Positions 8,812-17,864 of a stretch of 64,000 nt of DNA are shown piece by piece. How positions within the stretch are numbered: the stretch's first letter is position 1; each line of letters opens with the position of its first letter. The position numbers were made by a program, and so were the translations under genes. Location of the stretch: NCBI GenBank assembly GCA_963666835.2, contig CAXXGO010000006.1, positions 1,184,001 to 1,248,000 on the forward strand, read 5' to 3'. This stretch comes from Phycisphaerae bacterium (lineage in GTDB: Bacteria; Planctomycetota; Phycisphaerae; UBA1845). The notes below the pieces were generated by a model. That model was not told the DNA's origin. It did not search any database and saw only the letters and a program-made list of their open reading frames with translations.

Positions 8812-9354
8812 ATGTCACCGCGCGAAGCGAGAGGCCGCGGGTCAGGTCGTCAGCGCCGAAAGGTGCGCATCGTTGAGCCGCGCTCGACTACCCGCATGGC
8901 GCTCATCAGCTTTTTGATTACTGCCGCGGCCGCGGTCTTTTTGCTGGCTGTCTGGCGCTTCTGGCGTATTGAGGAGGCCGCCGCTCCGCACATGCGGGAC
9001 GTCAATGAGACGAGATTGAAATGGCGGTGCGAAGCGGGGCATCACTTCTTCGAATTGGGGCGGGCCGAACCGAGGGCCTGCCCGCGTTGCGGGAAGCCGG
9101 CTTATCCTGTGGGCATTTGGACCTGCCCGGAGCATGGCGAATTCGAGGTGGCTGTGCGGTTCGGGCCCGAGCCGGATGGTCGCGCCCGCGTGTCGGCCTA
9201 CTTGATTCCCGGCCAGGACTGGACCCCGGCGTCCGCCGGGCTGCATTGCCCGAAATGCGGAGCTGAGCTGGTGCGAAAGCCGGATGATCCGTACTCCGAC
9301 ATGCCGAAACAGCCGCGGAAACGAAAAAGCCGAGGCTCTTCGCGCGGAGGGTAG
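8812..9354 (+). CDS. Membrane-anchored hypothetical protein with double zinc-ribbon-like Cys/His motifs
   Basis: TM ALISFLITAAAAVFLLAVW. Motifs CEAGH, CPRC, CPEH, CPKC. Starts 6 bp after the prepilin-like gene. Confidence 0.7.
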   Translation: MSPREARGRGSGRQRRKVRIVEPRSTTRMALISFLITAAAAVFLLAVWRFWRIEEAAAPHMRDVNETRLKWRCEAGHHFFELGRAEPRACPRCGKPAYPVGIWTCPEHGEFEVAVRFGPEPDGRARVSAYLIPGQDWTPASAGLHCPKCGAELVRKPDDPYSDMPKQPRKRKSRGSSRGG

Positions 9355-9400
9355 CGCCGCCGGCGCCGAAGTGGTGGGTGCCCCGCCGGATCAACTGCGA

Positions 9401-10069
9401 TCAGTCTTCCTGCCAAGCGTCCGCGCCGATGAGTTTCACGAATCGGCATCCCAGCGAGCGCGTTTCCGTCGTCCGAGGCCCGCGCCGGTCTATGCACACC
9501 AGGGTCTGCTCGTGCCCTCCGCCGATCGGAGCCACCAGGCGGCCTCCGTCCGCGAGCTGCTCGATCAGGGGGGGCGGGGTGTAAGGAGCGGCCGCGGTGA
9601 CGATTATCCGGTCGAACGGGGCGTGGTCGGCCCAGCCGAGGCTGCCGTCGCCGCAGTGCCCCGTTACGTTGGACAGGCCGAGGTCGGACAGGGTCCGGGC
9701 GGCGCGCTGGTGCAGGGCTTCTATCCGTTCCACTGTGAACACATGGCGGCAGAGCGAGGCCAGGATGGCCGTCTGATAGCCCGTACCGGTTCCGATCTCC
9801 AGGACGCGGCAGGTCGGCGTTACGGCGAGCTGGGCCGTCATGTAGGCGACGATGTACGGTTGGCTGATTGTCTGCCCGAGACCGATGGGCACCGCGTGGT
9901 CTTCGTAAGCGCGCTCCCGAACGTCGTCCGGCATGAAGATCTCGCGTGGTATGTTCGACATCGCAGTAAGGACCGCGGAATCCCGAACACCCCGGCGACG
10001 GATCTGCTCGTCTACCATCGTCAACCTGAGTTGCCGCCAATCCGTCATTTGACTACTACTGTTAGGCAT
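9401..10069 (-). CDS. pcm: Protein-L-isoaspartate(D-aspartate) O-methyltransferase
   Basis: GQTISQPYIVAYM, VLEIGTGTGYQTA, GDGSLGW...APFDRIIVTAAA, FVKLIG. Start 10069 or 10048. Confidence 0.95.
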   Translation of the reverse strand: MPNSSSQMTDWRQLRLTMVDEQIRRRGVRDSAVLTAMSNIPREIFMPDDVRERAYEDHAVPIGLGQTISQPYIVAYMTAQLAVTPTCRVLEIGTGTGYQTAILASLCRHVFTVERIEALHQRAARTLSDLGLSNVTGHCGDGSLGWADHAPFDRIIVTAAAPYTPPPLIEQLADGGRLVAPIGGGHEQTLVCIDRRGPRTTETRSLGCRFVKLIGADAWQED

Positions 10070-10220
10070 CGAAGGATACCTCGGCACTTATACGCCGGGA
10101 GATTACGAATCGCCAATTGTGCTTGCGGATTGAGACGAAGACAAGCGCGGAACAAGGCCAATCCAGGGGGAAGCGGGGCGTCAGTCCGGTTCGGAGCATT
10201 CGGCAAAGGAGGGTGGTTGA

Positions 10221-11012
10221 ATGGCTGTCATCACCTTGACCACTGATTTCGGGACGCAGGACCACTACGTCGGCGTTATGAAGGGAGCGATTCTGCGGAT
10301 TAGCCCAGACGTTAGTCTTGTGGATATCACGCACGAGATTGCACCGGGCGACGTCGAACATGGGGCGTTCATTCTCAGAGAGGCGTGGCCGTTCTTCCCG
10401 CCCGGCACGATTCACCTGGCGGTGGTCGATCCGGGAGTCGGTTCGGATCGGCGGCTTCTCGTCGGCAAGTACGCCGGATGCTGGGTTGTCGCACCGGACA
10501 ACGGCTTGCTTACGTTCATCCACCGCGACTTGGCAGCGCAGGGGTTGTTCTGCATTTCGAACCCGGAGATTCTCCCCGATGAGGTCTCGGCGACGTTCCA
10601 CGGCCGGGATGTTATGGCTCCGGTAGCGGCTCACCTCGCCAACGGCGTTGCTCCGCGACAGTTCGGGCCGGAGTTGGAGAGCCCGGTGCTGCTGCCAGTA
10701 GCAGAGGTTGAGGTGATTGAGGGGCGCGTTGGCGGTCGAATACTGCGTGTCGATCGTTTCGGAACGATGGTGACCAACATCGAGAAGCGGCACCTCAGGG
10801 CGTCATGCGGCCCCGGCCGATTCGCCGAGGTTTTCGTGAACGGTACCAGCATCGGACCAGTCCGCACGACGTTCTCTGACGTCCCCATGGGGCAACCCTT
10901 GGCTTTTCTCGGAAGCGGGGGCTATCTGGAAATCGCCATCAACCGGGGGCGAGCGATTGATTGCTTCGGGCCGCGTGATACCGTTCAGATCGAATTGCGG
11001 TATCCGGAGTAG
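10221..11012 (+). CDS. SAM hydroxide adenosyltransferase / SAM hydrolase (DUF62, chlorinase/fluorinase superfamily)
   Basis: ITLTTDFG, VDITH, HLAVVDPGVGSDRR, APDNGLL, SATFHGRD, VDRFG, LEIAIN.G. Confidence 0.92.
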   Translation: MAVITLTTDFGTQDHYVGVMKGAILRISPDVSLVDITHEIAPGDVEHGAFILREAWPFFPPGTIHLAVVDPGVGSDRRLLVGKYAGCWVVAPDNGLLTFIHRDLAAQGLFCISNPEILPDEVSATFHGRDVMAPVAAHLANGVAPRQFGPELESPVLLPVAEVEVIEGRVGGRILRVDRFGTMVTNIEKRHLRASCGPGRFAEVFVNGTSIGPVRTTFSDVPMGQPLAFLGSGGYLEIAINRGRAIDCFGPRDTVQIELRYPE

Positions 11013-11097
11013 GTACATACCCCGCCATCGCGTAGTTCGCCAGTTCACTTTTTGGTGGGGATAACCCCGCTCGGTTAACTAAAACAGGCAGCTATCT

Positions 11098-11124
11098 TCA
11101 GAATGTCTTTCACCTGGCCGATAC
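11098..11124 (+). promoter_or_regulatory. Possible sigma-28-type promoter
   Basis: TCAG-N15-GCCGATAC versus consensus TAAA-N15-GCCGATAA. The -35 match is weak. Confidence 0.25.
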
Positions 11125-11232
11125 TCGGGTTGACGGTCGGGGAGTTAATCCCCCCATTCTACAGCAATCGGTGCCGATCATTTTAGCTGTAAACGTGTTC
11201 GCAGGCTCACTTACAGTGCAAGGAGAAGGTTT

Positions 11233-11514
11233 ATGAATACTGGAAACAATGCCGGTACGGGATACGATACCAACACTCAGGTTTGGACGAAGGTGCCGTT
11301 CGAGAACATCAACGAACCGGGCTGCTACGTGTGCAACTGGAGCGGTCACCTCCTGCGCGTGCCGGACGACGGCGTTGCGCCGGGACGTTCGCCGCTGATC
11401 AATGTCATCGGGACGGAGACGCTGTATGTAACGAAGATCAGCGATAACCCGTTCATCCCGTTGACCAAGGCCCGCATGATGGCGAGCAACTACGACATCA
11501 ACGTCAACTTCTGA
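11233..11514 (+). CDS. Small hypothetical protein (93 aa)
   Basis: Strong RBS AAGGAGAAGG, GC3-biased codon usage, monocistronic and followed by a hairpin. Confidence 0.8.
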   Translation: MNTGNNAGTGYDTNTQVWTKVPFENINEPGCYVCNWSGHLLRVPDDGVAPGRSPLINVIGTETLYVTKISDNPFIPLTKARMMASNYDINVNF

Positions 11515-11544
11515 CGAAGTCGGCGGAGTTAGGATGAGAGAGAA

Positions 11545-11590
11545 GAGGTCCGGAGGACGAGGTGTTTCGGCATCTTGCCTTCGGACCTTT
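11545..11590 (+). terminator. Putative intrinsic terminator hairpin
   Basis: GAGGTCCGGAGG..GAGGTGT-TTCG-GCATCTTG-CCTTCGGACCTTT. Confidence 0.55.
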
Positions 11591-11886
11591 CCTCGCGCCG
11601 GTGGCTCAAACCGGGGTGTGCCCGAGCGTCACGTCTGCTTTCAGTTGTCTGATTCTCCGGGGTTAATCCCCGACCGTCCTTTGCGGTAGTGCGGAATCTG
11701 AGCGTGTTGCGCTGCAGTCTGCCAGCGGCAGGATACCCGATACCAGTGCTGCGAGTTTCACCCGGGCAGATGGCGTGGTATCTAAGCTACGCGTTGCGCT
11801 GACTTTACTGCAGATGACCGTAGATTCTCGGCTCGGCTCGGATCCGTGCAGAAGGCGGGCGGATTGTGCCAATGCAATCAAGAGAA

Positions 11887-11903
11887 TCGGCAAGATTTGC
11901 CGA
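11887..11903. promoter_or_regulatory. Palindromic operator-like site (ftr-like) upstream of the flagellar-cluster TPR gene
   Basis: TCGGCAA-GAT-TTGCCGA perfect inverted repeat about 65 bp upstream of the ATG. Confidence 0.45.
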
Positions 11904-11967
11904 CATTCACAGGTACCGCGTCAGGAGGATGCGGAAGTGACTCGAGACGTTGCTCAGGATGGGCGCC

Positions 11968-14346
11968 ATGTCGGAATGGTCTGCGCTTAAGGAGCGAGTA
12001 GCCGGGAGGTGGCAGATCCCGCTCTTCGTTTTCTCGCTCTTCATGCTTGCAGGGGCGTTTCTGCGCGTTATTCCCTCCGCGACTCCGTCCACCTTCGCCG
12101 AAATCTCGGAGTATCTGAACACTCTGGTGGCGGGCGGACTTAACGACCAAGTCATCCAATTCGGCGAGCGACTTCTAGCAGATGAAGAGCCTCACACGCC
12201 GGCGGAACTGGCCCCCGTCCATCTGGCTATGGCGCGGGCTCAATACGCCGAGGCCATCCAAAGCCGAGTCCAGACTGCCGGCGCCGGGCAAGCGGTAGTC
12301 GAACACTATTCGCATGCCGTTTCCGGTGGGCTTCCTCTGACTGTGGACGATCGGGTCCGCCGGGGCTGGGCTTACGAATGGCAGAGAGATCACATCGCTG
12401 CCGAGGAGGACTTCAGAAAGGCGGTCGACGAGGGGATCGAAGAAGCCTCCGAGCTGCGCAAACACCTCGTTCAGCTTCATCGAGAGAAGCTGGGCACTCC
12501 GCCGGATGAGGTGCAAGCACTACTCAATGAGCTTCTCGCTCACGTGGAGGACCACCGGCTGGATCTACGTCTTTGGGCGATCGAAGCGCTATTGGAGGTT
12601 GGGGAGGAGCTGGGCACGCTGGAGGAAGCAGCCACTCTATTGGTCCGCAACGAGGATCGCTTCCACGGCACTGACCTGCAGAATCGGTTCGATTTCCTCA
12701 AGGCGCTCGTACTCTTTCGAACGGGGCATTACGACGACGCCGAGACCTTCCTACGTACTCTGCGGAATCGGACAAGACCCGGCGAGGAGACGCATGCGGC
12801 CTCGGGCTGGCTGCTGGGTCGCGTAGTGCTCAGCGACGGAGAGCCGCAACGCCCACTCGAGGCCTTGTCGTTCTTCACGGATGTCATTGCCCATCACCCG
12901 GGAAGCGCCTATGCGGCGGCCAGTCGGGTGGGGCAGGCGGAGGCGTATGTCCATCTTGAGCGCCATGACGATGCGATCAGCACGTATCGAATGGCGATCG
13001 AGGATCTGGAAGCGCTGCGGAGCAAACGTCTGGTAGATCTGGAGGTTCTGCGTACTTCTTTGGGGGTTATGGCTGACCTGCAGAGGCAGAAAGGTGACTC
13101 GGAGGCGTCGCTGGCGTACATTCGGCTGGCGGTTTCGTTGATCGATCGAGAGGACTCGGAGCAGGCGATTCTGCTTCTTTCGCAGCTTGCTCGGGCTCTG
13201 GAGCAACATGCCGGTCAGCTTGGCGGAGTGGATGATGAGGCCGCGGCTGATCCGGAATCGGCCGGCCCGTCCGGCTCGCCGACGATGCGACGCCTGTATG
13301 CCGAAGCGGCGTCGACTTACTTGCGGCTCGCCAAGATGGGTACGCTGAACGAGTCGCGCTCTGCAGGCTGGAACTGGCAGGCCGCGGAGTTGTTCGTCAA
13401 GGCCGGAGAGCTTGCCCGGGCGGTGGACCTGTTTCACGCTTTTGTTGCGGAGCGTCCCGGAAACCCGTTGGTTCCTCGGGCGATTCTGCGCATGGCTCAG
13501 CTTCACTCTGCGATGGGTCATCCGGACGAGTCTATTGCGGCTTATCAGGAGTGCTATCGGAGATTCCCTCGAACCTTGGACGGTTCGCGCGCTCTGGTCC
13601 CGTTGGCAGAGAGTTATCTTGCCAAGGGGCCGGGCAACGAGGAATTGGCGGAGAAGACTCTGCGGATTGTCTTGGAGGACTCGCAGGTATTCACTCCGCA
13701 GGCCCCCGAGTTCGCCAACGCACTCTTTTTGCTGGGGGACGTTCTTAGTCGACAGGGATCGTATGAGCGAGCTATTGCCACGTTCGAAGAGGCTTTGGAA
13801 CGTTATCCGGATGACCCGCGTGCTTCCCGGGCGTACTTTCTGCTTGCGGACGCGTATCGACGGAGCGCTTTGGCTCTGAAAGAGAAGATGGCCGAAGCGA
13901 CATTTGTTGGTGAACTGCAACAGATGCAACGCGAGTCCACGACGAGATTCGAGCAGGCGGGCCGACTCTACCGGCGGCTGATCGACGAGTACGAAGCTCG
14001 CGGAACGGACGAGCTGACGCCGTTGGAAGAACTGCAACGTCGCCACGCAGCTTTGTACGAGGCCGACTGCTGCTTTGAGATCCGTGACTACCGGCGGGCA
14101 CTGAAGCTCTACGAAGAGGCGGCGGCCAAGTTCAAGAACTCCAGTTCCGGGTTGGCGGCGTACGTGCAGATTATCAACTGCCATGTGTTCCTCAGCCGTC
14201 CTTTGGAGGCTCGGGCGGCGCTGGCCCGGGCCTTGATTCTGGTTGACTCAATACCCGGGGACGCGTTCGATCAATCGGTTTCGCCGGAAACGCGGGATGA
14301 TTGGAGACGGTACTTCGAATGGCTGGGAGAATCGGAGCTCTTCTGA
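11968..14346 (+). CDS. Large TPR protein with N-terminal TM anchor at the head of the flagellar cluster
   Basis: WQIPLFVFSLFMLAGAFL hydrophobic segment. Many TPR units (e.g. ALFLLGDVLSRQGSYERAIATFEEALERYPDDP). Only 1 bp separates it from the next gene. Confidence 0.85.
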   Translation: MSEWSALKERVAGRWQIPLFVFSLFMLAGAFLRVIPSATPSTFAEISEYLNTLVAGGLNDQVIQFGERLLADEEPHTPAELAPVHLAMARAQYAEAIQSRVQTAGAGQAVVEHYSHAVSGGLPLTVDDRVRRGWAYEWQRDHIAAEEDFRKAVDEGIEEASELRKHLVQLHREKLGTPPDEVQALLNELLAHVEDHRLDLRLWAIEALLEVGEELGTLEEAATLLVRNEDRFHGTDLQNRFDFLKALVLFRTGHYDDAETFLRTLRNRTRPGEETHAASGWLLGRVVLSDGEPQRPLEALSFFTDVIAHHPGSAYAAASRVGQAEAYVHLERHDDAISTYRMAIEDLEALRSKRLVDLEVLRTSLGVMADLQRQKGDSEASLAYIRLAVSLIDREDSEQAILLLSQLARALEQHAGQLGGVDDEAAADPESAGPSGSPTMRRLYAEAASTYLRLAKMGTLNESRSAGWNWQAAELFVKAGELARAVDLFHAFVAERPGNPLVPRAILRMAQLHSAMGHPDESIAAYQECYRRFPRTLDGSRALVPLAESYLAKGPGNEELAEKTLRIVLEDSQVFTPQAPEFANALFLLGDVLSRQGSYERAIATFEEALERYPDDPRASRAYFLLADAYRRSALALKEKMAEATFVGELQQMQRESTTRFEQAGRLYRRLIDEYEARGTDELTPLEELQRRHAALYEADCCFEIRDYRRALKLYEEAAAKFKNSSSGLAAYVQIINCHVFLSRPLEARAALARALILVDSIPGDAFDQSVSPETRDDWRRYFEWLGESELF

Positions 14347-14347
14347 C

Positions 14348-14845
14348 ATGGTGGACGATAAGATGACTCCAGTATCCGCGACGAACGAACTTCCGGTGGA
14401 CACGCCGGCGGGTGTGGTCTCTCTGTTACGCGAGCAGGTGTCGTTGTACGGCCGGCTCGAGGGTCTGGCCGCGAAGCAGCAATCCCTGGTGGCGGAGGAG
14501 GATACGGGTCCGCTGCTTACGTTGTTGGCCAAGCGCCAGAAGCTCTCGGCGGAGTTGGTCGGCATGCGCAGGCGGCTCGAACCGATCCGACGTGATTGGG
14601 ATCGGCACCGGGAGAATCTTTCCGGGGGTGAACGCGAGGAGGCGGATCGGCTGCTGAAGGAGATCAAGCGGTTGCTCCGGAATGTGATTCAGCGCGACGA
14701 AGAGGACGCCCGGCTGTTGTCGGCGCGCAAGGAGGCGGTGGCGAAGGCTTTACGCGGGAGTCATTCGACGGAGCAGGTTCTCTCGGCGTATCGGTCCCCC
14801 CGCGATAATCCCGGGCGGATCAGCCATTTGGATGAAGCGTCATGA
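14348..14845 (+). CDS. FlgN-like flagellar export chaperone (coiled-coil)
   Basis: LLREQVSLY..L..LA.KQ..LV...D...LL.LL..RQ.L pattern and C-terminal SAY motif. Overlaps the next gene (ATGA). Confidence 0.6.
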   Translation: MVDDKMTPVSATNELPVDTPAGVVSLLREQVSLYGRLEGLAAKQQSLVAEEDTGPLLTLLAKRQKLSAELVGMRRRLEPIRRDWDRHRENLSGGEREEADRLLKEIKRLLRNVIQRDEEDARLLSARKEAVAKALRGSHSTEQVLSAYRSPRDNPGRISHLDEAS

Positions 14846-15708
14846 GCACGGCACCAGTAGTGAGCGGGGCCGAACTGGCCACCGTCATTCAGACCTACAA
14901 CGAGGTTACGGAACGGCTCAAGCAGTCGCACGAGTTGCTCGGGCAGGAAGTCTGCCGCCTGCGCGAGGAGTTGCAGGAGAAGAACCGAGAGCTGGAACGC
15001 CGGGAGCGGCTGGCGGCTTTGGGGGAAATGGCGGCCGGGGTCGCGCACGAGATACGGAACCCGCTGGGGGCGATCGGGTTGTACGCCTCGCTGCTGGGAC
15101 GCGATTTGCAGGACCGACCCAACGAATTGGAGATCTGCCGGCGGATCGGAGCCGGGGTGCGGAACCTCGAGGGTATCGTCGGGGATATTCTGGCGTTCGC
15201 CGGAGGGGCCGAACCTCGCCGTCAGGTTGTCCGTGTGGCGGAGATTCTCGAGACCGTGACCACCCAAACTGCGCCACAGGCGCGGGCTCTGGAAGCCGTG
15301 ATCGAAGTTGATGAGAAGTTGACGGACTTGGAACTTTTCTGCGATGCGGGACAGCTCGAACGGGCGTTGTTGAATCTGGTGTTCAATGCCCTTGATGCCG
15401 TTGGAGCCGGGGGGCGAGTTCGCGTGCGGGCCGGCGAACCGCGCGACGGGGATCGTCTGTTCCCAATCGTTGTCGAGGACAACGGTCCGGGGATTGAGCC
15501 GGCGATTGCCCAGCGCGTGTTCAATCCCTTTTTCACTACCAAGGACACGGGAACCGGGTTGGGCTTGGCGATAGTCCACCGGATCGTCGAATCAAACGGC
15601 GGGGTGATTACGGCGGGACGAGCCGGCTTAGGTGGCGCGGCGATGACGTTGCGGCTGCCCGTGCATGACCGGGAAGACAAGGCGGAAGAACCGGGAGGAA
15701 TCGAATAG
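14842..15708 (+). CDS. Cytoplasmic histidine kinase lacking a sensor domain (FlgS/FlrB/FleS-like)
   Basis: RLAALGEMAAGVAHEIRNPL (H box), NLVFNA, EDNGPGI, FNPFFTTKDTGTGLGL. No TM segment. Confidence 0.9.
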   Translation: MSTAPVVSGAELATVIQTYNEVTERLKQSHELLGQEVCRLREELQEKNRELERRERLAALGEMAAGVAHEIRNPLGAIGLYASLLGRDLQDRPNELEICRRIGAGVRNLEGIVGDILAFAGGAEPRRQVVRVAEILETVTTQTAPQARALEAVIEVDEKLTDLELFCDAGQLERALLNLVFNALDAVGAGGRVRVRAGEPRDGDRLFPIVVEDNGPGIEPAIAQRVFNPFFTTKDTGTGLGLAIVHRIVESNGGVITAGRAGLGGAAMTLRLPVHDREDKAEEPGGIE

Positions 15709-17130
15709 ATGGCTCACATTTGTGTTGTGGATGATAAGGAGATCATGCGGGATTCGGTGTCGACCGCCTTGGTTCGCGAGGACCACACGGTTACGGCATT
15801 CGCGGATTCCGTGGAAGCTCTGGCGGCGGTCAAGCGTGGGAGGTTCGATCTGGTTCTGTCGGATCTGAAGATGCCGCGGATGGATGGACTGACCCTAATA
15901 CGGGAGATTCGCGCCGCCGGTAGCGAGACACCCATCATTATGATGACCGCCTTCGCGACCGTCTCGACTGCGGTAGAGGCCATGAAGCTCGGGGCGTACG
16001 ACTACATCCAGAAGCCCTTCGAGGCGGACTCGCTGGCCGTTCTTGTCGAACGGACTCTGGAGCACGCTCGGCTGCGGCGCGACAACGAGGCCCTGCGGGC
16101 GTCGGTGGACGATCTTTCCAAAGGGCGGACCCTGGTCGGCTCCGGGCCGGCGATGACGGAGCTGAGGGCACAGCTCGATCGCGTTGCGGCCAGTCATGCC
16201 ACGGTCATGATTACGGGCGAGTCGGGCACCGGTAAGGAACTGGTCGCGTCCTATCTTCACAAGGGCTCGCCACGGGCGGATCGTCCGATGTTGTGCCTGA
16301 ACTGTGCGGCGCTGTCGGCCAATCTGCTGGAAAGTGAGCTGTTCGGGCATGAACGCGGGGCCTTTACGGGAGCGGACCGGGCCCGGAAGGGGCGTTTTGA
16401 GCTGGCGGACGGCGGGACGCTACTGCTTGATGAGATATCGGAAATGGCTTTACCGCTGCAGGCGAAGCTGCTTCGTGTGCTTCAGGAGGGCGAGTTCGAG
16501 CGGGTCGGCAGCAGTGTGACCCGGCATGCGGACGTTCGCGTGCTGGCTACGACTAACCGCGACTTGGATGCGGCCGTGTCGCGTAAGCAGTTTCGCGCGG
16601 ATCTCTACTATCGGCTTAACGTCTTGCCGGTGCGAGTGCCGCCGTTGCGGGAGCGAACCGAGGATATTCCCGAGTTGGCCGAGCACTTCCTGGAGCACGC
16701 CGCCCGGCAGGACGGGGCTCGCGCGGCGATGCGTATCGCACCGGATGCGGTCCAGTTGCTGATGGACTACTCGTGGCCCGGCAACGTGCGGGAGCTGGAA
16801 AACCTGTGTCGTCGCGCGGCGACATTGGGGGCTACCGACACGATTGCCTCGGAGCTGCTTCAGCCTTGGTTGCACCCGACGGCGCCCGACTCCGCCGGTT
16901 TCGGGCAGCTTCGTGACGGTCGGTTGCTTCAGGATATGGAGCGGAAGCTGATCGAACGAACTCTGGCGAGATTCGGCGGCCACCGCGCGAAGTCGGCGAA
17001 GGCCCTGGGGATGGGTATTCGAACGCTGGGTATGAAGCTCAAGCAATGGCGAGAGGAGGATGCCGCGAACCAGTCGCTCATGGTCGGGGCCGGTGCGCGG
17101 GAATGCGCCGGTGTGGCTTGCCGCGGGTAG
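15709..17130 (+). CDS. Sigma-54-dependent response regulator (REC-AAA+-HTH; FlgR/FlrC-like)
   Basis: REC (VVDD, DLKMP, K-P), GESGTGKE, ESELFGHERGAFTGA, LDEISE, WPGNVREL, C-terminal Fis-type HTH. Confidence 0.95.
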   Translation: MAHICVVDDKEIMRDSVSTALVREDHTVTAFADSVEALAAVKRGRFDLVLSDLKMPRMDGLTLIREIRAAGSETPIIMMTAFATVSTAVEAMKLGAYDYIQKPFEADSLAVLVERTLEHARLRRDNEALRASVDDLSKGRTLVGSGPAMTELRAQLDRVAASHATVMITGESGTGKELVASYLHKGSPRADRPMLCLNCAALSANLLESELFGHERGAFTGADRARKGRFELADGGTLLLDEISEMALPLQAKLLRVLQEGEFERVGSSVTRHADVRVLATTNRDLDAAVSRKQFRADLYYRLNVLPVRVPPLRERTEDIPELAEHFLEHAARQDGARAAMRIAPDAVQLLMDYSWPGNVRELENLCRRAATLGATDTIASELLQPWLHPTAPDSAGFGQLRDGRLLQDMERKLIERTLARFGGHRAKSAKALGMGIRTLGMKLKQWREEDAANQSLMVGAGARECAGVACRG

Positions 17131-17331
17131 TGGTACGTCACACGTAGGTTTTCGGGTGTGCCACTGCTCTTGAGCAGTGCAGGGATAGGACACGGTGCGG
17201 ATTGGCCCCGAACCTCTACGTGTGACAAAGTACCAGGAGGATTAGCGCAATAACGGCCGATGCGCAAAAACTGCCCTGCTGCGCGAGTCTGAATCGCGGT
17301 TGAGGGTACTGAGAATCGGGTCCGGCGAACG

Positions 17332-17347
17332 TGGTACACCGGATGCA
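17332..17347 (+). promoter_or_regulatory. Sigma-54 (-24/-12) promoter of flgB
   Basis: TGGTACACCGGATGCA versus consensus TGGCACG-N4-TTGCW, with exact GG-N10-GC spacing. Lies 80 bp before the flgB ATG and directly downstream of a bEBP gene. Confidence 0.7.
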
Positions 17348-17426
17348 AAGGGGGCTTTGCCCGACGTCGCGTCCGGAGAGCGGACTAGGCCGGGTCGAGC
17401 CGCTGCTGGCGGAACGAGAGGTACTG

Positions 17427-17864
17427 ATGTTTATCTCGAACATCACTGACCGGGGAGCGACGCCCGCGTTGGTAAAGACGATGGCGTTCAACGAGGCTCG
17501 GCTGAAGATGATCGCCGAGAACATCGCCAACGCCGAGACGCCGGGGTATCGCACGAAGCAACTGGATGCCCGGGCCTTTCAGGCGGCGCTCCGCGATGCT
17601 CTGGAAGCCAGGGGCAGCGATCCGAACAAGCCGTTTGTGGTGCAGGCGGGCGACGAGGTGACGACGGACCAGCAGGGATTTCTGAAAGTGACGCCGACCG
17701 ACAAGCCGGTGGAGAACATCCTGTTCCACGACGGCACCAATATGTCGATTGAGCGGCAGATGGCGGCGTTGGCCGAGACGGGCATGACGCATGAACTGAT
17801 GACTTCGCTTTTGCGGGATCGGTTCGAAGGTCTCCGCAAGGCGATTAGAGGTAGCGGCGGCTAA
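17427..17864 (+). CDS. flgB: Flagellar basal-body rod protein FlgB
   Basis: IAENIANAETPGY, DGTNMSIERQMAALAE. RBS GAGAGG before ATG 17427. Confidence 0.9.
   Translation: MFISNITDRGATPALVKTMAFNEARLKMIAENIANAETPGYRTKQLDARAFQAALRDALEARGSDPNKPFVVQAGDEVTTDQQGFLKVTPTDKPVENILFHDGTNMSIERQMAALAETGMTHELMTSLLRDRFEGLRKAIRGSGG

Noticed and set aside
10221..11012. Fluorinase/chlorinase (halogenase)
   Set aside because: The Asp-Arg-His residues typical of DUF62 hydrolases are retained and there is no secondary-metabolite context.
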